Origin: a virus | Lineage: Duplodnaviria; Caudoviricetes | IMG/VR virus record: IMGVR_UViG_3300005259_000072 | Span: 1 to 40,166 of that record | Length of the DNA stretch: 40,166 nt | Strand: one strand, 5' to 3' | Position numbers and translations under genes: made by a program | Shown here: piece after piece, positions 7,818 to 16,470 of the stretch | Layout: every line of letters starts with the position of its first letter | Numbering within the stretch: the stretch's first letter is position 1 | Notes under the pieces: generated by a model | What the model was told of the DNA's origin: nothing | The model's database searches: none | Seen by the model: only the letters and a program-made list of their open reading frames with translations

Positions 7818-9408
7818 CTGTGGCAGCAGTGATGCCCTTTCGATGTATGAAGATGGTGGTACTCACTGCTTCTCCTGTGGGGCAACTCACAAGGACTCGC
7901 CAGCTCCCGCCCCGAGACCACTGAAGGCAACATCCAAGGCACTGCTGACTGACCTGGAGACTGTACCGCTGGAACGGCGTAAGCTGACAGCAGATACGTG
8001 TGCCCGGTTCGGATACAAGATAGGTACGTATGGCGGTCAAACTGTCCAGGTGGCCCCTTACTACAAAGGCAAGGAGCTCAAGGGGCAGAAGATCAGATCA
8101 GCCTGCAAAGACTTCATCTGGCTGGGCAAGAGTCAAGGCATTGAGCTATTCGGTCAGCATCTTTGCAAGGCCGGTGGTAGGCTGGTGATTACCGAAGGCG
8201 AGATCGACTGCATGACAGTAAGTCAATCCTTCAATCACTGCATCGACACCGTATCCATACCGAACGGAGCAGCGGCAGCAGCCAAAGCCATAACCGAGAA
8301 CCTGGAATTTGTTGAGGCATACACGGAGGTCATCCTCTGCTTCGACAATGACAAGGCGGGAAAGGAAGCAATTGAAAAAGTCGTACCTGTCCTGACTCCT
8401 GGCAAGGTCAAGGTAGTATGCTTCCCCGGTGGAGTCAAAGACCCAAGCGACCTGATGCAGGCTGGTAGAGGCAAGGAGATCAAGACACTGATCTTCAACG
8501 CCAAGCCTTACCGACCTGATGAAATCCTCGCCGGGGCTGACGTGTCCCTGCAAGACCTGTGGACTCCGATCACCCAGGGCGTACCCTATGCCTACCCAGG
8601 CCTGCAAGCCAAACTGCAAGGCGCTCGTAAGGGCGAACTAACGTTGTGGACTGCCGGTTCAGGTATTGGTAAATCTACCCAGTGCAGGGAACTGGCCTAT
8701 GCCTATCGCAATCAAGGCCTTCGAGTTGGTATGGTGTATCTCGAAGAGAACATCAAGAAGACCGCTCAAGGCTTCATTGCCATTGACAACAACGTCCCGC
8801 TCGTAACTCTCCGATTGAACCCGGAGGTCATCAGCAGGGACGCTTACCAGGCCTCCTACAATAGACTGATTAAGGCTGACGGATTGTTCCTGTTCAACCA
8901 CTTTGGATCGCTGGACGCCAAGAATCTGCTGGGTAGGCTACGCTATATGGCGGTGGCCCTCAAAGTTGACTTCATCTTCCTCGACCATATCTCGATCATC
9001 GTATCAGGAACCGAGTCAGGGGACGAACGCAAAGACATTGACGTGCTGATGACGGCCCTGCGCAGTCTGATTGAATCGACCGGCGTGGGAGTACATGCAG
9101 TGGTTCACCTGAAGAGAAGTGACAAGAACTTCAACGAGGGTGGGCAGATCAGTCTGAGTGACTTGCGAGGCTCTGCTTCACTGGAACAACTCTCTGATAA
9201 CGTAATCGCTATGGAACGCAACCAGCAGGGAGAGGGTGACGAGCGTAATACATCCACCCTGCGAGTACTGAAGTGTCGTGAGACGGGTGACTGCGGTGAG
9301 GCTGGTCAGGCAGTGTATGTCCGTGAGAGCGGCAGGCTGTTGCCGAAAGAGTTTGCCCAGGTGGACGCTCTGCCTAAACCTCCTGAACCTAAAGATGAGG
9401 ACTTCTAA
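7780..9408 (+). CDS. Primase-helicase (gp4-like)
   Basis: Zn finger CPDC...CFSC, TOPRIM EGEID/FDND, Walker A AGSGIGKS, DHISI, DLRGSASLEQLSD. Confidence 0.97.
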   Translation: MSEVVQTHLPCPDCGSSDALSMYEDGGTHCFSCGATHKDSPAPAPRPLKATSKALLTDLETVPLERRKLTADTCARFGYKIGTYGGQTVQVAPYYKGKELKGQKIRSACKDFIWLGKSQGIELFGQHLCKAGGRLVITEGEIDCMTVSQSFNHCIDTVSIPNGAAAAAKAITENLEFVEAYTEVILCFDNDKAGKEAIEKVVPVLTPGKVKVVCFPGGVKDPSDLMQAGRGKEIKTLIFNAKPYRPDEILAGADVSLQDLWTPITQGVPYAYPGLQAKLQGARKGELTLWTAGSGIGKSTQCRELAYAYRNQGLRVGMVYLEENIKKTAQGFIAIDNNVPLVTLRLNPEVISRDAYQASYNRLIKADGLFLFNHFGSLDAKNLLGRLRYMAVALKVDFIFLDHISIIVSGTESGDERKDIDVLMTALRSLIESTGVGVHAVVHLKRSDKNFNEGGQISLSDLRGSASLEQLSDNVIAMERNQQGEGDERNTSTLRVLKCRETGDCGEAGQAVYVRESGRLLPKEFAQVDALPKPPEPKDEDF

Positions 9409-9410
9409 TA

Positions 9411-9638
9411 GTGAGAGCAAAATTAAACAAACAGGGCTGGCTTGAAATAGAACGTGCGGGTAGGATGAAAGTACAATACTGCCCATATGACCGCCCCTCC
9501 GACATCCCGGCCAGATGTGGCGATTGGTGTCCTAGATTTATTGAGTTTGGGAGGCTGGGATCTTCCGATTCTGTAAAGTTCCACCTTTGCGGAGAAGAAG
9601 TAATATTCTCTGAAGTAATTGATGAGCGGGAACCATGA
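9411..9638 (+). CDS. Small Cys-containing hypothetical protein
   Basis: Tightly packed between primase-helicase and DNA polymerase; CPY...CGDWCPRF. Confidence 0.6.
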   Translation: MRAKLNKQGWLEIERAGRMKVQYCPYDRPSDIPARCGDWCPRFIEFGRLGSSDSVKFHLCGEEVIFSEVIDEREP

Positions 9639-11764
9639 CTCAAGTTATATTTGACATTGAGACTGACGGACTCTATCGCAAGGTCTCAAAAGTCCACTGC
9701 CTGTGCCTCGAAATAGTAGGGCAAGGCACCTTCTCGTACTCCGATACTCCGGTGGAAGACGAACGACCACTGGCAGAAGGACTCAAGGTACTGGAAGAAG
9801 CCGATGAACTGATCGGCCATAACATCATCGGGTATGATATCCCGGTACTCAAGAAGCTCTTCCCCGGCTTCAATCCGAGGGGGAAAATTTATGACACCCT
9901 GGTAGTGACCAAGCTGGGATTCCCCTGCATTGAAACCCGTGACTATGCTTATGTACGAGCAGGAAAGTTTCCCGCCAAGTTCATCGGCAGATACTCACTG
10001 GAAGCGTGGGGACATCGCCTGGGCATTATGAAGGGACAGTTCTGTCATCAGACCGACTGGCAAACCTACGATGCCGACATGCTGCATTACTGCGGACAGG
10101 ACATCCAAGTGTCGAAATCACTGTGGATATACTGCCTGAAAGCTGAGTTACCGGAAGAGGCCATTGAGCTGGAACAGGAAGTCAGACGGATTGTCACTGA
10201 ACAGGAGAACTTCGGCTGGCTCTTCAATCGGGAGAAGGCCGAAGCCCTGTACATTACCCTGTCCGAAAAGCGCCAGGAACTGCTGGAGCAGCTACAGGCA
10301 ATCTTCCCGCCCTGGCAGGAAAAGACTGTGTTCGTACCCAAGCGGAACAACAAAACCCGTGGGTATGTTGAAGGTGTGCCTATTGAGCGAGTGACTGAAG
10401 TACCGTTCAATCCCAACTCACGCCCCCACATTATCCGAGCCCTGGCTGAACGTTACGGCTGGGTTCCTACCGAGTTCACGGAAGACTCACTGGAGGCGGT
10501 GGAGAAGGGACAGGCTGATGCTCCCACTCCAAAGACCGATGAAGACGTGCTACTGTCCCTGCCATATCCTGAAGCTAAGGTCATCGCAGAATTTATGATG
10601 ATCCAGAAGCGCATCGGAATGCTGGCTGAGGGAAAAGTAGCATGGCTCAAATTGATTGATCTGACCGATAATCGGATACATGGATCAGTTGATACGCTGG
10701 GTGCCAGAACCAGACGGATGACTCACAATAATCCGAACTGCGCCCAGGTGCCAGCATCACACAGCCCCTACGGAATGGAATGCAGAGAACTTTTCTGTGT
10801 CCCTGAAGGATACGTACAGCTGGGTATTGACGCTGATGGTCTGGAGTTGCGCTGTCTGGCGCACTTCATGGCTCGATACGATGACGGTGAATACGTCAAG
10901 ACGGTCCTGGACGGGAAGAAAGAAGACAAGACAGACGCTCACTCAAGGAACGCCAAGGCTTTGGGGTTGCCAAGAGATGATGCGAAGACCTGGTTTTATG
11001 CCTTTAGTAAATGGAGGCTTTAGTTGGTAACAGCTATCGAAAACTGTGTGAACTCAGTGGACACCCGAAAGGGCAATACTGAACCAAGCCTGGAAGTTTC
11101 ATTACTTCCTCGAAGGCGCAACGACTATCCTAAATGGAGTAGAGTGCAAGCGATAGGCACTCGAAGCGCACAGGGACCTACTCTAGGTCTATGATATAGT
11201 CTGACCTACATGGAAACATGTAGCAGTTCGTAATAGGACGGGTGAAGGTGTAGCGACCTTCGCTGAACAAAACGCATTTACGGTGCCGGTGACGAGAAGC
11301 TGGGACGTATCGGCTCATCACCCACCATGACACAAAGGGAGGCAATGGCCCTGGGCAAGTCCCGAAGAGCGGCCTTCCTCGACTCCTTGCCAGCCCTCAA
11401 AGCCCTTACCGAGAAAGCCAAACAGCTTACTGCCGAACGCAAATACCTGCTGGCGCTGGATAAGGTGCGGCTGGTCAGCCCCTCACAACACTCAGCGCTG
11501 AATACTCTGCTGCAATCGGCAGGGGCAGTGGTGATGAAGAGGGCTCTGGTCATAGCCGACAAGTTACTTCGTGAGGCTGGTATTGACTATCACTTCCTCG
11601 GGAACATTCACGACGAGTGGCAGTTGCAGGTACGGATAGACCAGGCTGAACAGGCCAAAGCTCTGCTACTTACCACCATACCGCTTGCCGGAGAATACTA
11701 CGGCTTCCGCTGTCCCCTTGCCGGTGAAGTTAAGATCGGCAGGAACTGGGCAGATACACACTAG
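9635..11764 (+). CDS. Family A DNA polymerase (gp5-like), join(9635..11004,11275..11764), 619 aa after splicing
   Basis: Exo motifs FDIETDG, GHNIIGYD, YCGQD; motif A GIDADGLELR; motif C NIHDEWQ. Splicing restores motif B as AKTWFYAF-IYGAGDEKLG (T7: AKTFIYGFLYGAGDEKIG). Confidence 0.95.
11005..11274 (+). ncRNA. Group I self-splicing intron (IA-like), 270 nt, no homing endonuclease ORF
   Basis: P1: exon GCCUU pairs with IGS GAGGC, U.G at the splice site. Terminal G at 11274. P10 GUAAAUG / exon CAUUUAC. P2 with GUAA loop. P3 11044-50/11167-73. P5 CCC-GAAA-GGG. P7 GACUAU 11123-28 / AUAGUC 11196-201. P8 11175-89. P9 CUACAUG-GAAA-CAUGUAG. Confidence 0.95.
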
Positions 11765-11808
11765 AACATTCAATCTCAGTAAACCACTATAAAACAAGGA
11801 ACACCTCT

Positions 11809-12099
11809 ATGGTATTCACTCACACTTACATTTCCAAGGTCCTCATCCTGGAACTCTGCATCAAGCTGCTGGACTACATCGTATTCAGTCGTAAGACCGA
11901 ACGGCGTCAGCTCCAGGAGAAAGTTCTGGGGGACCTCCACAAGCTCCTCCAGATGGTCAAGAAAGATGTACCGGCAGAGGACATCAGCAAAGAAAAGCAG
12001 CGCCTCTGGAACTACTTCGGTCACTTTGAAATCCCGAAATGGCTCCACGCCTCGTACATTGCCACGCTTCAGCAGAAGCCGAAAGGTCCTCGTGACTGA
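11809..12099 (+). CDS. Hypothetical protein
   Basis: AAGGA RBS; operon packing. Confidence 0.6.
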   Translation: MVFTHTYISKVLILELCIKLLDYIVFSRKTERRQLQEKVLGDLHKLLQMVKKDVPAEDISKEKQRLWNYFGHFEIPKWLHASYIATLQQKPKGPRD

Positions 12100-12364
12100 C
12101 TCGGTAAGGCAGCAGGTAGCCACACTCAAGGCTAACCGTGACCGCCCCATTCTGCTGGGTGAACTGGATGAGGCCCTGATCGGGTACTCGTTAGCTAACG
12201 TTACGCTGGAACGGGTGGCGATCTATGATGCCGCTAAGGTCCGGGCAACGTTACGGGCTAAGGGACTGACTGGTCCTGGCGAAGTTGAAGGATACATCGA
12301 GAATCAGCTTCTCAGACGTTACTTCGGCAAGGCTTCTCCGGTCCTGGTAGAACTGGCTCCGTAG
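12092..12364 (+). CDS. Conserved phage hypothetical protein
   Basis: GTG start overlapping the previous stop. LDEALIG...AIYD...YFGKASPV pattern resembles a common phage family. Confidence 0.6.
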   Translation: MTDSVRQQVATLKANRDRPILLGELDEALIGYSLANVTLERVAIYDAAKVRATLRAKGLTGPGEVEGYIENQLLRRYFGKASPVLVELAP

Positions 12365-12365
12365 T

Positions 12366-13181
12366 ATGCAGGCCTTAATCGACGCCGACATCATTGCGGT
12401 GCGGTTCGCCTGCAAGCATGAAGTCCACCACAAGTTCCCTGACAATGAGTTCACTAAACCTGATGATCCTCCCGACTTTGTTGTAATGTATCAAAAGGAA
12501 GCGGAACAGGACTGCGACCGGTTCATCAAAGGACTGCTGTTCGCTGTCGGTACGGTGGATTACGTGCTCTGCTTCACCGGGAGCGACAACTTCCGCAAGG
12601 CCCTCAGCCTAACCTACAAACATAACCGTCTGGGTAAACCTCAGCCGATCCTGCGACAGCCTCTGGTTGACTACATGAAGGGACATCATCCCTACTTGCA
12701 GCGCCGGGGACTGGAAGCTGACGATCAGATGGGCATCCACCAGACCAGGAGGAACGCTAAAGGTGAACCCACAATTATCTGCACCATTGACAAGGACCTC
12801 GACCAGATACCAGGGATGCACTACAATTGGAACTCAGGTGAAACCTACTCCGTTAACCCGGAAGAGGGGGTTGCCGTGTTCTACCGCCAATGCCTCACAG
12901 GAGATGCCACTGACGGTTATGGGGGATGCCCTGGGATCGGCCCTGTCAAAGCTGCTACCATCCTTCACGGCCTTACGTTTGCCGCCCCTGCTGATATACA
13001 CGAGGGCTGGCGCAGGATTGTAAAGGCATATGAAGATGCCGGACTGACGGAAGAGGACGCTCTGGATACCGCCCATGTAGCTCTCATCCTTCAGGACAAA
13101 TACTTCAAAGAAGAAACCAGTAAGGTTCTGCTCTGGAATACGCCAGGCAAACCACTCAAAACCATACGTCTCCCCAGCTAG
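12366..13181 (+). CDS. 5'-3' exonuclease (gp6-like)
   Basis: LIDADII, LEADD, DKDLDQIPG, GDATDGYGGCPGIG. Confidence 0.95.
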   Translation: MQALIDADIIAVRFACKHEVHHKFPDNEFTKPDDPPDFVVMYQKEAEQDCDRFIKGLLFAVGTVDYVLCFTGSDNFRKALSLTYKHNRLGKPQPILRQPLVDYMKGHHPYLQRRGLEADDQMGIHQTRRNAKGEPTIICTIDKDLDQIPGMHYNWNSGETYSVNPEEGVAVFYRQCLTGDATDGYGGCPGIGPVKAATILHGLTFAAPADIHEGWRRIVKAYEDAGLTEEDALDTAHVALILQDKYFKEETSKVLLWNTPGKPLKTIRLPS

Positions 13182-13237
13182 GAAGCCTAAAGGCCCAAGT
13201 GGGGGACACCACTAAATCAAAAGGAGTTACCCTCATT

Positions 13238-14404
13238 ATGTCTCAGTCATTTATTGCTTATCTCACTGGTGTACCGTTCGCTCGAATCGTAGGCGTCCCT
13301 AATCGCCCCTTCTGTGACATCCCTGCCTGCCCCCTTATCATGGGAAAGGACGAACCTAAAACGAAACAGCTTCCTGAACAGGACATCTTCAATCTCCTGC
13401 CGTGGGACTGTAATTATGCAGCCGTTACTCGGAGCGGAGATGTACGTGGCTATAGCAACAAGCCCGAGTTAACAGAAGAGCTTGGGTACTGGTTGGTAGT
13501 AACCGAGGACACCTATTCCGTCCTCCTCGGAAAGGCCAGTGACTTCGGCTATGATGCCTCTCTCTGGAGAGAGTCTCTGATTGAGCGTAAGTGGTCTTAT
13601 GTCGAACGGCAGAACCAGTGGGTTGAACAGAATGACATTAAGCCCGGCGATAAGGTCAAGGTGCTGCGTAAGGCTGAACGGCATGAAGACGGCTGGAAGA
13701 ATAGCTGGGTATTTCGTATGGATGGTATAGTGGGGAAGATCATGAAGGTGGAGCAGGGAGCAGGCCACTCCGGCATACTGCTGTATGATGCTGGATTAAT
13801 GGCAGCTTGTCCATTCTTTGTCCTGGAAAAGGTCACGGAAGAGCCCACACCCGTGCCTGACAAGTGCCTCGGCTGCGTCTTCCGCTTCTGCTGTTATGAT
13901 GGTGAACCCGACAAAGGCAAGCGCATGAAAGCAGCCTGTAACTTCTTCAAGGACGGCGATACGGTGATGGTTGAGTCGATGAAAGACGGTGCGGAGAAAC
14001 TCTACACCTTCAGATCAGTAACTATTGAAGGCGCTTACGTGATCGCCCGGTGTCAGTGTCAGGACTCTATCGGAGCCATGCGAGGCTTTGACGTGGGCCT
14101 GCTCCAGAAGGTGACGGGATACAAAGATGAACTCGTGCCACTGGACCTGAGCAAGCAGGGAGACAAGAACAAGCTGTATCACCAGTATCTGCGGCAAAAG
14201 GGAACTACGACCGATCTCATGATAACAGGCATCAGGCCTTCTGTTGATTCCATATGCCTGGATGGTGGCTTGCCTGAAGGTATGGACTACATCCTGAAAA
14301 ACTACACCTTCCTCAACGGTGATCCGGTAGGTAAAAAGGTAAAGACTCCGATCCTCGCACCGAAGCCGGTTGAGCTGGCTGAGATCAGTTTGAAGGGAGC
14401 CTAG
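13238..14404 (+). CDS. Large modular hypothetical protein with KOW/SH3-like segments
   Basis: ATG 13238 after AAGGAG; IKPGDKVKV and FKDGDTVMV segments. Confidence 0.65.
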   Translation: MSQSFIAYLTGVPFARIVGVPNRPFCDIPACPLIMGKDEPKTKQLPEQDIFNLLPWDCNYAAVTRSGDVRGYSNKPELTEELGYWLVVTEDTYSVLLGKASDFGYDASLWRESLIERKWSYVERQNQWVEQNDIKPGDKVKVLRKAERHEDGWKNSWVFRMDGIVGKIMKVEQGAGHSGILLYDAGLMAACPFFVLEKVTEEPTPVPDKCLGCVFRFCCYDGEPDKGKRMKAACNFFKDGDTVMVESMKDGAEKLYTFRSVTIEGAYVIARCQCQDSIGAMRGFDVGLLQKVTGYKDELVPLDLSKQGDKNKLYHQYLRQKGTTTDLMITGIRPSVDSICLDGGLPEGMDYILKNYTFLNGDPVGKKVKTPILAPKPVELAEISLKGA

Positions 14405-14405
14405 C

Positions 14406-14759
14406 ATGGGACCGAAAGTAGAAACAACCCAACCAGTTAAAGGCCTCAAGTATGACCAGGGCAAGCCTCAGTGGCACCTGGTGATCTTCACCTACCTGCT
14501 GGGTCTGGTCAAAGTGCTGATGTTCGGGGCTCAGAAGTACGCTCCGAATAGCTGGCAGGCAGTCGAGAATGGCGGTGAGCGGTATTACGATGCCCTTGTC
14601 CGTCACCTCACCCAGATGATGCACGAGGATGGTACGCTGAACCTCAACGCCAAAGACAGTGAGTCGGGCTTGTATCATCTGTGGCATGTACAGGCAAACG
14701 CATACTTTCTGGAGAAATTCAGACAGGATGCAGAACTTAAAAGCGAAGGAACCATATAG
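14406..14759 (+). CDS. dATP/dGTP diphosphohydrolase-domain protein (DUF5664-like)
   Basis: GLKYDQGK, VLMFGAQKY, NSW, ALVRHL, DSESGLYHLWH...NAYFL. Confidence 0.85.
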   Translation: MGPKVETTQPVKGLKYDQGKPQWHLVIFTYLLGLVKVLMFGAQKYAPNSWQAVENGGERYYDALVRHLTQMMHEDGTLNLNAKDSESGLYHLWHVQANAYFLEKFRQDAELKSEGTI

Positions 14760-14761
14760 AA

Positions 14762-15172
14762 ATGATTAGCCCATTTAGTATTTATCTTGTAGGCATTATG
14801 GATAACATCCGGGATATGTTAACGGGAGCCACTTACCTCTCAGTCATTGCAACAGCAATTGTTGGGATAGCACTTATTTTCGTTACATGTGTGGCTAGTA
14901 CGGGGGATGCGGATGTAGAAAACGCTCTCCCGACACTCAGAAAAATAGCGCTTATTATCTTCGCCTGCTTGCTATTCTTCGCCCCCCTACGTGCTCTTTG
15001 TCCTGACTCAAAAACCCTGGCAGGCATGTATATCATTCCGAAAGTCGTCAACAGTGAGTTCGTACAGAAGCAGCTTCCAGCTGATGCCCAGCAAGTCTAT
15101 GGACTGGCAGTCAAGGCCCTTACTGAACAACTCAAGGAATGCTCGGGAGATAAGGGCGAGGTGAAGAAGTGA
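14762..15172 (+). CDS. Membrane protein with two TM helices
   Basis: Two hydrophobic segments followed by PDSKTLAGMYIIP. Confidence 0.7.
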   Translation: MISPFSIYLVGIMDNIRDMLTGATYLSVIATAIVGIALIFVTCVASTGDADVENALPTLRKIALIIFACLLFFAPLRALCPDSKTLAGMYIIPKVVNSEFVQKQLPADAQQVYGLAVKALTEQLKECSGDKGEVKK

Positions 15173-15543
15173 GCTCTTCCGGCCCCTGCGTAAAACAGAG
15201 AGTCGTCTGCATCATTACTTCCCGCTTCGGCACCTTTGTTGGAGAGAATGACTGTGCTCATCCCCAGCAGGAGTGTCCCCGGCAGGACCTCCCGACCGGC
15301 ACTGGCTATTCCCTCTGCCGTGAAGTGTGCGGCCAGACCAGCCATGCAGAAGTAGCAGCAGTAAAGGCAGCGGGAGATAAGGCCGAGGGAGGTATTGCCT
15401 ACCTGTTCGGTCACTCCTACTGCTGTGATGACTGTCTGAAGACGTTAAAGGATGCCGGAGTCAGGCGGGTGTATATCCCGTTGGCTCCTGCAAACTATCC
15501 CCTGGGTGAAACCTGGGCACCGAAAGAATACTGGTTAATCTAA
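15169..15543 (+). CDS. dCMP/cytidine deaminase-family zinc enzyme
   Basis: HAE plus CCDDC zinc motif, GEN, terminal AGV. Confidence 0.85.
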   Translation: MSSSGPCVKQRVVCIITSRFGTFVGENDCAHPQQECPRQDLPTGTGYSLCREVCGQTSHAEVAAVKAAGDKAEGGIAYLFGHSYCCDDCLKTLKDAGVRRVYIPLAPANYPLGETWAPKEYWLI

Positions 15544-15559
15544 AGAAGGAATACACTGA

Positions 15560-15880
15560 ATGACCAAAGCAAAAGCATCCCGTATTGAAACCGTAAGTCT
15601 GAGCATGACTCCTCGCCGGATCATTGAAATGGGTCTTTCTATGGACCTGATTGAGAAGCTCGGAGGCCCTCGCTGGAATGATGAGGCAACTCAAAATGGT
15701 CTGAAGGACATCATTGAGAACACCACGCTGGAAGCGGATGACCCGGCTTTCACCCAGGGGGTTCAGTTCATGAAGGATCACTTCCATGACCGTGCCTTCT
15801 GGCAGGCCTGCTATATCCTTAACCAGCTCCTGGTGGCGATGGCCACGGAAGTAGCTACCTCGGAAGATGACGAGCAGTAA
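15560..15880 (+). CDS. Hypothetical protein
   Basis: AAGGA RBS; operon position. Confidence 0.6.
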   Translation: MTKAKASRIETVSLSMTPRRIIEMGLSMDLIEKLGGPRWNDEATQNGLKDIIENTTLEADDPAFTQGVQFMKDHFHDRAFWQACYILNQLLVAMATEVATSEDDEQ

Positions 15881-16019
15881 CGAACGCAAGATCGACCCTG
15901 TACTGGATCGAATCATCTTCAACGGCAGACCCTCAGCCAGACGGCGGCAGGCCAACAATGAGGCGTACCGGACCAACTATGACCATATCAGAGGGTTCGG
16001 GAAAGGAAAGGCAGCATGA
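15867..16019 (+). CDS. Small hypothetical protein (50 aa)
   Basis: MTSSNERK...NEAYRTNYDHI; fills the gap and has an ATGA overlap with the next gene. Confidence 0.5.
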   Translation: MTSSNERKIDPVLDRIIFNGRPSARRRQANNEAYRTNYDHIRGFGKGKAA

Positions 16020-16228
16020 CTTCCCCCTCCACTATTCAAAGCATTCACGATCTTCCGCTGGACATACCTCTGGTGGAACTGGTCAAGGTACTCGACCGGG
16101 TTATCCCGCACCGCTGTTATGAACGCAGTATGACCCTGGAAGCAAACATCGAATACGCAGGGAAACGGGCTCTGGTAGATACCCTGCTGGAGCACGTGCG
16201 AGATACCCTGCAAAATCAAGAACAATAA
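16016..16228 (+). CDS. Small conserved protein preceding the virion genes
   Basis: LDRVIP...AGKRALVDTL pattern and position typical of T7-like phages. Confidence 0.6.
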   Translation: MTSPSTIQSIHDLPLDIPLVELVKVLDRVIPHRCYERSMTLEANIEYAGKRALVDTLLEHVRDTLQNQEQ

Positions 16229-16246
16229 GGGAACTATAATACTCAA

Positions 16247-16450
16247 ATGTGTTCCGAACCTGATACGCCCAAACTGAAAACCCCAGCACCAATAATCCCC
16301 GATGCGCCTCCCGAGACCACTGATGTGGAAATCGGTCTGGCTAATGATAAGGATGAAGGCAAGAATAACAAGAAGGTGCAACGGGCCAAAGGAGCACGTC
16401 AGCTGGCAATCCCGCTGACCTCAGGCAGCTCCGGTCTGGGCATTCCGTAA
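16247..16450 (+). CDS. Small virion assembly protein (gp6.7/7.3-like)
   Basis: MC..P start, Pro-rich, KGARQLAIPL...GLGIP end; immediately before portal. Confidence 0.65.
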   Translation: MCSEPDTPKLKTPAPIIPDAPPETTDVEIGLANDKDEGKNNKKVQRAKGARQLAIPLTSGSSGLGIP

Positions 16451-16470
16451 TGCAAGGACATCGCTAAAGT

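Noticed and set aside
9635-11764. DNA polymerase pseudogene, frameshift, intein or natively split gene
   Set aside because: The gap has complete group I intron structure and its removal precisely restores motif B.
14406-14759. 2-aminoadenine (Z) genome system
   Set aside because: No PurZ/adenylosuccinate synthetase-like gene is visible, and DUF5664 alone is insufficient.
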